This document shows positions 44,930 to 54,589 of a stretch of 64,000 nucleotides of DNA, in pieces. The stretch is from Paludibacteraceae bacterium (GTDB taxonomy: Bacteria; Bacteroidota; Bacteroidia; Bacteroidales; Paludibacteraceae): contig CAJOFU010000002.1 of NCBI GenBank assembly GCA_905233935.1, positions 11,453 through 75,452 on the forward strand, given 5' to 3'. Under the pieces are notes generated by a model. The model was not told where the DNA came from, did no database searches, and saw nothing but the letters and a program-made list of their open reading frames with translations. The stretch's first letter is position 1. Every line of letters starts with the position of its first letter. The translations under genes were made by a program, and so were the position numbers.

Positions 44930-45583
44930 TTATATTGGCTTAGCATTCACAAGGTGCTGTTGCAGTTCTACGGGATCAATCTTTTGCACTTTTCTGCCCA
45001 TGGATGACGGAAACAAGGCAAAATACGGATCCGTTGAGAAATACCACTTAAGGCTTCGAACTTCCGGCGAAGAAGTCAAGCGCCTATGCATTGACTCGAT
45101 TCGCTGCTTGATGCGCGGCACACACTTGATAAACTGATCGCCGTCATACATCTCAATAATGGCAAAAACTCTCGGTCTGGGTTTGCTGCCAATGACCTGC
45201 AACCGTTCTTCGCGGGACGAGCGATGAGATACCGTTATATGTCTTCCGTATTTCTCGTTTATATCGTTCATCATCTGCCGGAAGAGTTGTCCGTGCGCCG
45301 AACTGTCCTGCAACTGATTGTAACTGATATAGTAGTGAATCATCTCATGGATAAGGGTGTCTTGCAGTTCTTGCTCCGTGAAATCGAAACGCTTGCTGAT
45401 GCGTAGTGCAAAGTTTGAGAAGTGTTTTTTACCAAACAACCCTACCCGTTTTCGGCAAGTCATCATCCCCATATACGTGCGCGAGTTCGTTAAATGAATT
45501 GGCGGAACCGGTAATGTTCCGCCAAACATACAACGATTGTACAAATCGAAATGCTCCTTGATATATTCTTCCGTTGGTTTCAA
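44930..45583 (-). CDS. SprT-like zinc metalloprotease domain protein
   Basis: HExxH in LIHEMIHYYI; SprT-like N-terminal pattern (TYMGMMTCRKR...). Confidence 0.7.
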   Translation of the reverse strand: MKPTEEYIKEHFDLYNRCMFGGTLPVPPIHLTNSRTYMGMMTCRKRVGLFGKKHFSNFALRISKRFDFTEQELQDTLIHEMIHYYISYNQLQDSSAHGQLFRQMMNDINEKYGRHITVSHRSSREERLQVIGSKPRPRVFAIIEMYDGDQFIKCVPRIKQRIESMHRRLTSSPEVRSLKWYFSTDPYFALFPSSMGRKVQKIDPVELQQHLVNAKPI

Positions 45584-45587
45584 AATA

Positions 45588-45608
45588 GTCGAAAGTCAAA
45601 AGTCGAAA
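45588..45608. repeat. Period-7 array at the lepA/sprT-like junction (3 units)
   Basis: gtcgaaa gtcaaaa gtcgaaa. Confidence 0.7.
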
Positions 45609-45610
45609 GA

Positions 45611-47386
45611 CTAATCGAGTTTCAGTACTGCAAGGAACGCTTTCTGGGGCACTTCGACGTTGCCGATCTGCTTCATTCGTTTCTTTCCGCGTTTCTGTTT
45701 CTCGAGCAGTTTGCGCTTACGGCTCACGTCACCGCCATAGCACTTGGCAAGCACGTCTTTGCGCACCTGTTTGACTGTTTCACGGGCGATGATCTTTGCT
45801 CCGATAGCAGCCTGGATAGCTATATCAAACTGCTGACGAGGCAGTAACTCCTTGAGTTTCTCGCACATGCGCCGTCCGAAATCCACAGCATTGTCCCTGT
45901 GCGTCAAGGTTGATAAGGCATCGACCTGTTCGCCATTGAGAAGAATGTCGAGTTTGACGAGGTTCGACGGACGGAATCCGTTATGGTGCCAGTCAAATGA
46001 GGCATAGCCCTTGCTGATAGACTTGAGTTTGTCGTAGAAGTCGATAACTATCTCGCCCAACGGCATATCAAACAGCAACTCCATTCGGTTGCCGGAGATA
46101 TATTCCTGTTTGACCAGTTCGCCGCGTTTGTCGAGGCAGAGGGTCATGATATTGCCGATAAAGTTTGACGTCGTGATAATCGACGCACGGATATAGGGTT
46201 CCTCTATATGGTCAATCTCCGTCAGATCCGGCATTCCGGCAGGGTTGTGCACCTCTTTCATCGTGCCGCCTTTGAGATACACATTGTAACTTACGTTCGG
46301 GACTGTGGTGATGACATCCATATCGAACTCACGATCCAGACGCTCCTGGATGATCTCCATATGGAGCAAACCGAGGAATCCGCAACGGAATCCGAAGCCG
46401 AGTGCCACCGATGACTCAGGGACAAAACTCAGTGAAGCGTCGTTGAGTTGGAGTTTCTCGAGCGAAGCACGCAGATTCTCATAATCCTCTGCTTCGATAG
46501 GATACACACCGGCAAACACCATCGGTTTGACTTCCTCAAAACCTTCGATGGCTTTATCACACGGACGTGCCACGTGGGTAATGGTATCACCTACCCTTAC
46601 CTCACTGGATGTCTTGATGCCGGAAATGATATAGCCGACATTACCCGCACTGATCTCCTTGGTAGGCTGCATATCTAGTTTGAGGATACCGATCTCGTCG
46701 GCGTCGTATTCTTTGCCGGTATTGAAGAAACGGACTTTATCACCGGTGCGCATTGTACCGTTCACCACCTTATAGTAACCGATAATGCCTCGGAAGGAAT
46801 TGAACACCGAATCAAACACCAAGCACTGTAGCGGTGCGTCAGGATCACCCTGGGGCGCAGGAATACGTTCAATAATTGCATCCAAGATGGCTTCTACGCC
46901 ATCGCCGGTCTTGGCGGAACAGCGAAGGATCTCCTCGCGCTTGCAGCCAAGCAGTTCGACGATCTCGTCTTCCACCATGTCGGGCATAGCGGACTCCATG
47001 TCGCACTTGTTCATGACGGGGATAATCTCCAAGTCATGCTCCAGCGCCATATACAGGTTCGAGATAGTCTGTGCTTGCACGCCTTGGGAAGCATCGACTA
47101 CGAGCAATGCGCCCTCGCACGCTGCTATCGAGCGGCTGACTTCGTAGCTGAAGTCCACATGCCCCGGAGTGTCAATAAGATTGAGGGTATAGCCCTTGTA
47201 CGCCATCTGAATGGCGTGGGATTTGATAGTAATACCGCGCTCTTTCTCAAGATCCATGTCATCGAGAACCTGGTTCTCCATCTGACGCACGTCAACGGTG
47301 TTGGTAATTTCCAACATACGATCCGCGAGCGTTGACTTGCCATGGTCAATGTGCGCTATTATGCAAAAATTTCGGATTGTCTTCAC
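45611..47386 (-). CDS. lepA: Translation elongation factor 4 (LepA)
   Basis: GTG start; [21 protein letters not shown] and NKCD GTPase motifs; LepA C-terminal domain. Confidence 0.95.
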   Translation of the reverse strand: MKTIRNFCIIAHIDHGKSTLADRMLEITNTVDVRQMENQVLDDMDLEKERGITIKSHAIQMAYKGYTLNLIDTPGHVDFSYEVSRSIAACEGALLVVDASQGVQAQTISNLYMALEHDLEIIPVMNKCDMESAMPDMVEDEIVELLGCKREEILRCSAKTGDGVEAILDAIIERIPAPQGDPDAPLQCLVFDSVFNSFRGIIGYYKVVNGTMRTGDKVRFFNTGKEYDADEIGILKLDMQPTKEISAGNVGYIISGIKTSSEVRVGDTITHVARPCDKAIEGFEEVKPMVFAGVYPIEAEDYENLRASLEKLQLNDASLSFVPESSVALGFGFRCGFLGLLHMEIIQERLDREFDMDVITTVPNVSYNVYLKGGTMKEVHNPAGMPDLTEIDHIEEPYIRASIITTSNFIGNIMTLCLDKRGELVKQEYISGNRMELLFDMPLGEIVIDFYDKLKSISKGYASFDWHHNGFRPSNLVKLDILLNGEQVDALSTLTHRDNAVDFGRRMCEKLKELLPRQQFDIAIQAAIGAKIIARETVKQVRKDVLAKCYGGDVSRKRKLLEKQKRGKKRMKQIGNVEVPQKAFLAVLKLD

Positions 47387-47517
47387 TATTTCTTTGTAAA
47401 ATACTCATTGTAACTCGCAAAAGAACCTGTCAAGGTTGTTTTGCGAAGCGCGGGTCGGCAACCGTGCGCTCTATGCCGCACAGCGGCATCACTTAGCGCG
47501 GTTTGCGGCCCGCGCAG

Positions 47518-47909
47518 TGGAGATAGCGGGAGTCGAACCCGCGTCCAAACAAGGAACCAATATGCTTTCTACACGCTTATCTTGGCCTTGATTTTCGTCC
47601 GGCAGCAAGACCCAAGCCACCAACTACCGGCTTATCTGCTAAATCTTCGGCATCGCATCGCAGCCAGTGACACCTATTCTGTGAATTTCCGCGCCACTAT
47701 ATCCATTCAGCCCACAGACTCGGCTTGGAGTGACGTCTCGGGTCAGTACCTTGTACCGACGCAAAGCTAATCTACTATACTTCGATTAAGCGGCGAGAGC
47801 TACATTGTAGTTGCCAGTTATAATTTTACAGACGATATTTACGAGCGTCTCTGCAGTGCTCGGCGTGCTTACATACCTGTTCAACCTGCTGTCAAAACCA
47901 ATTATCCCC
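47518..47909 (-). ncRNA. ssrA: tmRNA (ssrA), tag reading frame GNYNVALAA
   Basis: 5' GGGGATAATTGGTTTTGAC pairs with 3' ...GGGTTCGACTCCCGCTATCTCCA (G3:U wobble, T arm). Tag ORF ggc aac tac aat gta gct ctc gcc gct taa sits at 47786-47815 (minus). Confidence 0.9.
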
Positions 47910-48023
47910 AAGGTACGTTATTTCCCGATAAGAAAGCTTGCTTTCGTCATCGGAGCGCGGAAGTATCGGTCGTTTATATGGCGCAAAACGCCATCTGTGC
48001 GACGCGATTTCTGAACGCGCTTG

Positions 48024-48055
48024 CAAAGTTACAAAAAATATTTGATATTTGCAAA
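48024..48055 (-). promoter_or_regulatory. Promoter module copy d (TTGCAAATATCAAATATTTTTTGTA core), ~110 nt upstream of tmRNA
   Basis: Minus strand: TTTG (48052-48055), 20 nt, TAACTTTG (48024-48031). Confidence 0.65.
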
Positions 48056-48103
48056 TTTTTCAGCAAAAATAATTTGTAATTGTTCAAACAGGTCGTCAGA
48101 ATC

Positions 48104-49360
48104 CTACTGCAAGAAGGGCAACTCCAACTGTCGTTGCTCGAAAAATATCCTATACCCTACCTCACAATTGACACATTCGTGATGCTGGCAGTAGTTCTGA
48201 TAGAGGTGCAGCAATGCCTGACTGTCTGCCGCATTGCGTACCTGCTGCCCTAACACTTTCCATTGCCGGATAACCGTATTGTCCTCAGCAGGAATCTGCT
48301 CCATAAGCTGAATAGCCATGTTATGCTCAATGCTGCTGCTCTTGTCATGACTACCGGCTGCTACCATCTGTGCGTACGCATATTTGTAGGGTATAACCGT
48401 GTTGATGAGCAGTATATCCACCGAGGCACTGCTGAATCCGTCTTGCATAAACAGTTCAGCCAATGCACGGATGTCACTTATCTCAATCACCTTACTGAAC
48501 AGAAATTCCGAACGATGCAGCAGGTTGGCAAATTGCCGGATTCGTCGTTCCGGACTGTTCTGTGGGCGTATACGCCCCAATTTCCACATGCTGCCGTCAA
48601 TAGGCGTCAGGCTGAACTTGGTGCGCAGAAACTCATATTCCCGGGCGAGGTTTGCATCTTTGATCGGCAAACCGGATTGACCCAGAAGGATGGCTGTGAG
48701 TTGGAAGAGATTGTCGCGATGTTTGCGCAAAGCGGACAACGGAGTGGCTATCGCCAGTTCCTCGAACGGGACACTGTTGGTGTGGAAGCCGAAGTTACGA
48801 GCCAGAGATATATAGAATGCATGTTCCCAACTGCCCTGCGTGATATCCAATAGCCGCTTGATAGACGCGCACTTGCAGTCCAAACGTTTGCGCAGCAACA
48901 GACGCCGCCAGCCTTCTGTCAGCAACAGCGGATCATCCAAGAGTTGTTTGGCGCAACCGATTCGGCTCTCGGCACTATCCATGCGCATAGCATCGGCAAG
49001 CAGCCCGGATAAATAGTCGTGGTTATCCGGATATTGGAGCGCACATTGCGGGATTGCTTCCCCGCGTGAGTTATATACCTGCTTGTCAGCATCCCGCACA
49101 ACGTGCAAGATCACATTGTCGTACGCCTTATCCTGATGATGCTTGTGATGATACCAGTCACTGGCATGTACATGGATTTCGATATTTCCAACCCACTCTC
49201 TACCATCAATGCGTACACGTGCGTGGCTATAGTCTGCCCCGGCATTACGGTTGTGCTCGCCAACAGAGATGATCTCTATCGGCTTGCCGTCCGTTGTCTG
49301 CTGTGGATACCCCGCCCACAAGCAATGTTCCCAAATATAATGCAACAATATCTCAGGCAT
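48104..49360 (-). CDS. DUF2851 family protein
   Basis: N-terminal MPEILLHYIWEH...GNIEIHVHASDWYHHKHHQDKAYDNVILHVV, characteristic of DUF2851. Confidence 0.8.
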   Translation of the reverse strand: MPEILLHYIWEHCLWAGYPQQTTDGKPIEIISVGEHNRNAGADYSHARVRIDGREWVGNIEIHVHASDWYHHKHHQDKAYDNVILHVVRDADKQVYNSRGEAIPQCALQYPDNHDYLSGLLADAMRMDSAESRIGCAKQLLDDPLLLTEGWRRLLLRKRLDCKCASIKRLLDITQGSWEHAFYISLARNFGFHTNSVPFEELAIATPLSALRKHRDNLFQLTAILLGQSGLPIKDANLAREYEFLRTKFSLTPIDGSMWKLGRIRPQNSPERRIRQFANLLHRSEFLFSKVIEISDIRALAELFMQDGFSSASVDILLINTVIPYKYAYAQMVAAGSHDKSSSIEHNMAIQLMEQIPAEDNTVIRQWKVLGQQVRNAADSQALLHLYQNYCQHHECVNCEVGYRIFFEQRQLELPFLQ

Positions 49361-49383
49361 AACAATTTTTTCCGATTAGTCCG

Positions 49384-50043
49384 TTACATAAGCACCAGCC
49401 ACGTGGCTATAGTGTGCGACGTTGCGCCAAGCACGATGAACACGTGCCAGATGGCATGAAAATAAGCATATTGTTCGTCATGATTAAAGAAATATGCGCC
49501 GAGCGTGTAGAACACTCCTTCCGCTATAATCCAAGCAAACGCTACATGCGACATGTTCCGCCACATTGGCACGATCATCAGCAACGCTATCCAACCCATT
49601 GCCAGATACAGGGCAAGAGAGAGTTTGGGGAATTTGCCGAGAGCGATGAGTTTGCCGACAAAACCTGCAATTACACACGCCCAGAGAAAACCGAAAACCG
49701 TCCAACCGATCCAGCCGCCGACAACCGTCAAGCAGACCGGTGAATACGAGCCGGCAATCATGACGTAGATAGAGATATGATCGAAGATGCGCAGACGCGC
49801 TTTGTGTGCGGGAGATACAGCGAAATGGTACAAGGTGGACGAACTGAACATCAACAACATACCCGCCAAAAACAGACTCGTGCCAAACAATTGCATATCC
49901 GGGTTGGCGAGTTGGGAGATATACGCCAAACGTAGCATCGGGAAGATAAGAACAATCGTCCCGATAAGCGGAAGGAAATGCGTCAGAGTGTTCGCTTTCT
50001 CCTCTGCCGGGAGATTTTTGATATATTGGATGAATGCGTTCAT
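49384..50043 (-). CDS. Hemolysin III / PAQR family membrane protein
   Basis: Seven TM segments; motifs NTLTHF, HISIYVMIAGSY, and FHAIWHVFIVLG..SH. Confidence 0.85.
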   Translation of the reverse strand: MNAFIQYIKNLPAEEKANTLTHFLPLIGTIVLIFPMLRLAYISQLANPDMQLFGTSLFLAGMLLMFSSSTLYHFAVSPAHKARLRIFDHISIYVMIAGSYSPVCLTVVGGWIGWTVFGFLWACVIAGFVGKLIALGKFPKLSLALYLAMGWIALLMIVPMWRNMSHVAFAWIIAEGVFYTLGAYFFNHDEQYAYFHAIWHVFIVLGATSHTIATWLVLM

Positions 50044-50053
50044 TTAGTCAGAA

Positions 50054-51052
50054 TTACTTTCGTTTGATGATCTTTACGCCCCATGAGCCGATCTTGTATA
50101 ACAACGGCTTGCATACGCACAAGAATCGCCCGTGTTCCACTAATTTGCCTCCGAACTCAGCTTTGAAATCCCGCACGCCATACGGCACTTCGGGTTCACC
50201 GGCTCCCATCATGTCATAGCGCGGGATTCCGTGCTCTGCCGCATAGTTCATCCCGGCACAAGTTGCCATTACGGAAGGATATTGCTCTTTGTTTTCGGCA
50301 TTCAGACCGCATTCATACCACTCATATACACACTTCCCGTCCAACACCGCAAGCATGCTTCCGCCAATGATGGTGTCATTGTGTTTAACGAGTAGAAATG
50401 TACCTACTCTCTGACGGAATGCTTCCACAAAGAATTCGACAGGAAACAAGGGTGTCTTGACTTTTGTGCGATAGAGATTGGCTAAAACACTATACCAACC
50501 ACGCACCTCGGCCTCATTTATAGCCTCTATTACAATTACTTCTGATGCCTTGGCTTTCCTGAGTTGGCGTTTGCGGTTATCGCTCAAGCGCGCAATGATA
50601 GCGGCATTGTCCGTACAATCCACGTGGAAGTTCAAATGTTCACGATACGAAAATCCTGCAGACTCAAATGCAGCCTTCCAACGACTATAATCGTTGAAGT
50701 TGCGCGTTTCAATATAGATGGCTTTGTCCTGCAGGTTGGCACGAACGGCTTGCATCAATTCAGCCACCTCATAATCCGTGCAGTCATCTGCAATGCACGG
50801 ACCACCAAGAATAATAGCACGACGTGTAAAGTACTGTCTGACAGGATTATGCTCTTTTGTCACATAGCCGACACATATCGCCCGCAAACCAAGCTCCGGA
50901 GTGCTAACCGCCACAACAAAGGGCTCCATAATCTCAGGCAGCGACGCAAAGAACGTATAAGCCTCAGGTAACTGAAACCATGTTCCTGTTTGGCAGGTAA
51001 GCGTAAGACGCTTCCATGCTTTTTGGTCTATTTGTGCAGCAGTTAATACCAT
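50054..51052 (-). CDS. FemAB-family / GNAT-fold peptidoglycan-bridge-type acyltransferase-like protein
   Basis: ATG at 51052; the ORF-track start at 51085 lies inside the promoter -7 box. C-terminal pattern YD.MGAG...GVRDFKAEFGG. Confidence 0.6.
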   Translation of the reverse strand: MVLTAAQIDQKAWKRLTLTCQTGTWFQLPEAYTFFASLPEIMEPFVVAVSTPELGLRAICVGYVTKEHNPVRQYFTRRAIILGGPCIADDCTDYEVAELMQAVRANLQDKAIYIETRNFNDYSRWKAAFESAGFSYREHLNFHVDCTDNAAIIARLSDNRKRQLRKAKASEVIVIEAINEAEVRGWYSVLANLYRTKVKTPLFPVEFFVEAFRQRVGTFLLVKHNDTIIGGSMLAVLDGKCVYEWYECGLNAENKEQYPSVMATCAGMNYAAEHGIPRYDMMGAGEPEVPYGVRDFKAEFGGKLVEHGRFLCVCKPLLYKIGSWGVKIIKRK

Positions 51053-51082
51053 AGATTTCGTTAGCTGTAAGCAAATCGGGTG

Positions 51083-51114
51083 CAAAGATACAAAAAAAAA
51101 CTGACAATTGCAAA
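51083..51114 (-). promoter_or_regulatory. Bacteroidota-type promoter for the FemAB-like gene
   Basis: Minus strand: TTTG (51111-51114), 20 nt, TATCTTTG (51083-51090). Confidence 0.6.
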
Positions 51115-51164
51115 TGATTGCCAGTTATTTTTACATAAAAACGCAAATTATCTGTTTTAGCGCC

Positions 51165-51608
51165 TTATCGTTCCTCGTACGTGCCATCCGTATAGTAGAT
51201 GATTATACGCGCAATTTGCTTAGCGGGAGCTGGTTGTGGCGCAGGATTTTGAACTGTATAATGCTGTACCGGTGATGTCGGTTCAGATGTCTGTTGCGGT
51301 ACATCATTAGGTCGCATATCGCCAAAGAGTGTAGCTTGCGTTACACCTCCATTAGGGCGGTACATACTGCCTGTACCGAGCATCAACCAGTCTGAACTAA
51401 TCGTACGGAAACGGTTTAATATACGTACGTATATTTCAACACTCGGTTTGTTTCTGCCGCCTAAGATGTTCGATATAGTCCCTGCAGACACACCAATCTC
51501 CTCGGCAAACTGTTTTGCTGTGAGATTCTCAGATTCGATTATTTTCGCCAATCGGTCACGTTCTTCCATTTTATTCAATTCTCGTGAAAGTTGCACAATT
51601 TTTGACAA
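51165..51608 (-). CDS. XRE-family helix-turn-helix transcriptional regulator
   Basis: HTH segment LTAKQFAEEIGVSAGTISNILGGRNKPS; Pro/Gln-rich linker and a short C-terminal domain. Confidence 0.8.
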   Translation of the reverse strand: MSKIVQLSRELNKMEERDRLAKIIESENLTAKQFAEEIGVSAGTISNILGGRNKPSVEIYVRILNRFRTISSDWLMLGTGSMYRPNGGVTQATLFGDMRPNDVPQQTSEPTSPVQHYTVQNPAPQPAPAKQIARIIIYYTDGTYEER

Positions 51609-51640
51609 TTTCGAGCACTCAGTTGCTCCGAAATTTTCTG

Positions 51641-51672
51641 CAAAGATACGAAAACTTTTTCACATTTGCAAA
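51641..51672 (-). promoter_or_regulatory. Bacteroidota-type promoter for the XRE gene
   Basis: Minus strand: TTTG (51669-51672), 20 nt, TATCTTTG (51641-51648). Confidence 0.6.
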
Positions 51673-52260
51673 TTTTTGAGCATAAAAATTTTCACATCAT
51701 ATTATTCACATCGCAAAACATTAGATCACATATCAAAATTTTCACAAATATGATTAAATAACTCACTTATACGTCATTATATATTTGCGATAAAACATTA
51801 AGTAATCTTTATAAATAGTACAAGATAAGTGTATTACGATACTAAGCATTTGATTATCGACATCATAATACACAAATCCAACAGATGCGCAGAAACCACA
51901 ATCTGACACTTTAAGTAATCTCACTACACAATAATTATCAGCATTTTACAATCATTTACACTACAGTCGTGGAACATATACACGTGCTGTTCTGTGTGTG
52001 TTTGTGCGGTTTTGGGACGTGAAATGATATGACCTGAATTGGGTTGTGACATTGTGAATTATGGCTGCTTTTGGTTTGTGAATTTCACAAAAGAATAATA
52101 CACTTCTGTGATTTTCGAACGACTAGTACAAGCAAGGAATCTCGGGAAAAGTGCTACTCTTCCCTACTCTACAAAATTTGACAGAAATAATAAACTATAC
52201 TATGACTCGGACGAAAGTCCGACTTAACTCCGATTTGCCCACGATAAAGGAGGACGTTTT

Positions 52261-53331
52261 TTATTCTCGTCTTCTTCGAATGAAATAGTCGAATATGATC
52301 GAGCGTTGAGCAATCGTGTCAGGATACGATTGCTTTGCGAGATTGAGATTCTTTTGCCTGATCTGTACAAAATCCTGTTTCATTCGTAAATAATCAATTC
52401 TCGCGTGAATAATTGCGGCAAAATGTTTAGGTTTGAAAGTGATAAGTGCTTGTATTGCAGCTACATAGTCAAGTATAAACCGCCAAAACATCACTTTACA
52501 CAATTGTGATTGCGGAAGATTCTTGTAGATCATCAGCAGATTGTTGCGGAAATTAAGGTAGGTTTTACGAGGGTTATCATAGGCGAGTGCTCCTCCACCA
52601 AGGTGATAGACCTTACTTTGCGGAACACAAGCCAGTTCATAACCGCGACAATTCAGCCGCCAGCATAGATCAATCTCCTCCATGTGGGCAAAGTACTTGT
52701 CATCCAACCCACCCAGTTCGTTATAGACAGCTGTTCGGATAAAGAACGTTGCTCCGCTTACCCAGAAGACTTTTGCTATCGCATCATATTGACCGTTATC
52801 CGGTGCGACATAACTCATCAACCTGCCACGGCAAAACGGATAACCGAGTTTGTCTATATATCCTCCGGCAGCCCCGGCATGTTCGAAGGTTACAGGTTGT
52901 GATGCGTCTTGCTGATGTGCTAATAACGATTTATATGCCAACACTTTAGGTTGTGCTGCAGCCACATTCTGATGTTGCTGCATGTAGCCAAGAACAGGCT
53001 CCAGCCAACCGCTTGTAACCATTACATCCGAGTTGAGCAGAACAACAAATTCACTCTCCATGGTAGCTATAGCGCGGTTGTATCCCGCAGCAAAACCATA
53101 GTTCTCCGGAAAGGCAATGAGGCGTAGATGTGCCGCTTTCGCCTCGGGAGAATCTTGCAGTGATTGTAAGTAAGCCATCGAATCGTCGGTTGAGCCGTTG
53201 TCAACCACAACTACTTCCGTTTCCGGAAGCGTGGTGTGCTCTAATACCGACGGAAGGAATTGGCGCATCACTTTAGCGCCGTTCCAATTCAATATGACTA
53301 CACTGCAAAGCATTTGGGTGGGATCAGCCAT
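52261..53331 (-). CDS. Glycosyltransferase family 2
   Basis: VVILNWNG...VVVVDNGSTDDS, the DxD region LNSDV, and the C-terminal GT2 pattern. Confidence 0.85.
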   Translation of the reverse strand: MADPTQMLCSVVILNWNGAKVMRQFLPSVLEHTTLPETEVVVVDNGSTDDSMAYLQSLQDSPEAKAAHLRLIAFPENYGFAAGYNRAIATMESEFVVLLNSDVMVTSGWLEPVLGYMQQHQNVAAAQPKVLAYKSLLAHQQDASQPVTFEHAGAAGGYIDKLGYPFCRGRLMSYVAPDNGQYDAIAKVFWVSGATFFIRTAVYNELGGLDDKYFAHMEEIDLCWRLNCRGYELACVPQSKVYHLGGGALAYDNPRKTYLNFRNNLLMIYKNLPQSQLCKVMFWRFILDYVAAIQALITFKPKHFAAIIHARIDYLRMKQDFVQIRQKNLNLAKQSYPDTIAQRSIIFDYFIRRRRE

Positions 53332-53354
53332 GTATGGCCGGCTTATTTGTTATA

Positions 53355-54224
53355 TCAGCCATGCATGGCTGATGCATTTGGGTGGGGGTTATATTTCCAG
53401 CGGTTGTGTGACCATAGCCACAGATGCGGTTGTTCAAGTATATTCCGCTCCAGTAATCGAGCATATTCCTCAGTCAGATTATCCGATTGCATCGGGATGA
53501 ATTTAGCTGTATAACAGCCACGTTTTGTGCTTGTTATATATGCATAAAACAGCGGGTAGCCAAACTTCTTGCTGAGCACTTCTGCACCGCATAGAAACGC
53601 TGTATCTTGATTCAGAAATGTAGTTGTCCACACATGTGCATTACGCGGCGAGGGTTTCTGGTCGGACAACATTCCGTACATAGGCTTGAGTTCCGATTGA
53701 CGGAGTTGAATCAACCGACGGAGAAGTGAATCTTTCTCGACACATTCACCACCTCTCTGATTGCGTATATCAAGCATCAACTGATCAAAATACCGGTTTT
53801 TCAGTCGGCGATATACGTTACATTCCTGAATACCTTCAACAGCATATCTTCGTCCGAAATCAGAGACCCACTCCCATGTGCCGAGGTGAGCAAGTGTCGT
53901 TATAGCACCACCGTATTGATGACAAGCTTGCGCCAATTTGTCTTCATCCACCAATTGCATGTGCTCGCGCATCTCGGCATCACTTGCGCTATAGCCGTAG
54001 ATCGTTTCAACAATCAAATCAGCAAACTGGCGGTAGAACCGTTTGCGCAGATCTCTGCGCTGAACTTCTGTCCAATCGGGAAAAGCATTCCTAATATTCT
54101 TGTCAACAATCTTCCTTCGATAGCGTGCAACATAATACATCAGCGGATAAATCAGATAGTCCGCAAAGCAATGATGCACACCAAGCGGCATCTTACTCAG
54201 TATCTTGAGCCAACGATACCTCAT
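53355..54224 (-). CDS. Lipid A biosynthesis (LpxL/HtrB-type) lysophospholipid acyltransferase
   Basis: HLGTWEW (HX4E/D-type motif); length and hydrophobic N-terminus typical of the family. Confidence 0.75.
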   Translation of the reverse strand: MRYRWLKILSKMPLGVHHCFADYLIYPLMYYVARYRRKIVDKNIRNAFPDWTEVQRRDLRKRFYRQFADLIVETIYGYSASDAEMREHMQLVDEDKLAQACHQYGGAITTLAHLGTWEWVSDFGRRYAVEGIQECNVYRRLKNRYFDQLMLDIRNQRGGECVEKDSLLRRLIQLRQSELKPMYGMLSDQKPSPRNAHVWTTTFLNQDTAFLCGAEVLSKKFGYPLFYAYITSTKRGCYTAKFIPMQSDNLTEEYARLLERNILEQPHLWLWSHNRWKYNPHPNASAMHG

Positions 54225-54234
54225 TCAACGAATC

Positions 54235-54588
54235 TTATGCCTCGTCGTCCTCTTCGGCGTAGAATCCGTTCTCTACACCATATTGGTATTCAGCGTCTTG
54301 GATGAGTTGAACCTGTACAGATGTAACGGGACAATTGTCGGCTTTGGCTTGCTCCAACACGTACTGAAGTTGTTCGGTTTCATCGACGTAGCCATCACTA
54401 TATTCGATGTCACCTTCCTCTTCGTTCTCAGTAGCCAGGCCTTTCATAACAAGATAGTCATCCATTACGTCAAGGACGTACAGGATGTCATCTTCGGTTA
54501 GTCCGTACAAGTCTTCTGCAGGTACCGTGCGGATGATATAATCAAGCAACTCGCGCTCTTGATCGTCGATAATAGAAGATTCCAACAT
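54235..54588 (-). CDS. Acidic hypothetical protein (117 aa)
   Basis: D/E-rich ORF tightly packed between cdsA and the acyltransferase (2-nt and 10-nt gaps). Confidence 0.55.
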   Translation of the reverse strand: MLESSIIDDQERELLDYIIRTVPAEDLYGLTEDDILYVLDVMDDYLVMKGLATENEEEGDIEYSDGYVDETEQLQYVLEQAKADNCPVTSVQVQLIQDAEYQYGVENGFYAEEDDEA

Positions 54589-54589
54589 A

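Noticed and set aside
47441-48014. ORFs 47441..47770 and 47811..48014 (plus strand)
   Set aside because: They overlap the tmRNA gene and its leader on the opposite strand. The tmRNA ends, tag frame and T arm are clear.
51609-52260. AT-rich region as a replication origin (oriC)
   Set aside because: I saw only one degenerate DnaA-box-like word (TTATCGACA). There is no cluster of boxes and no dnaA/dnaN nearby, so the evidence is insufficient.
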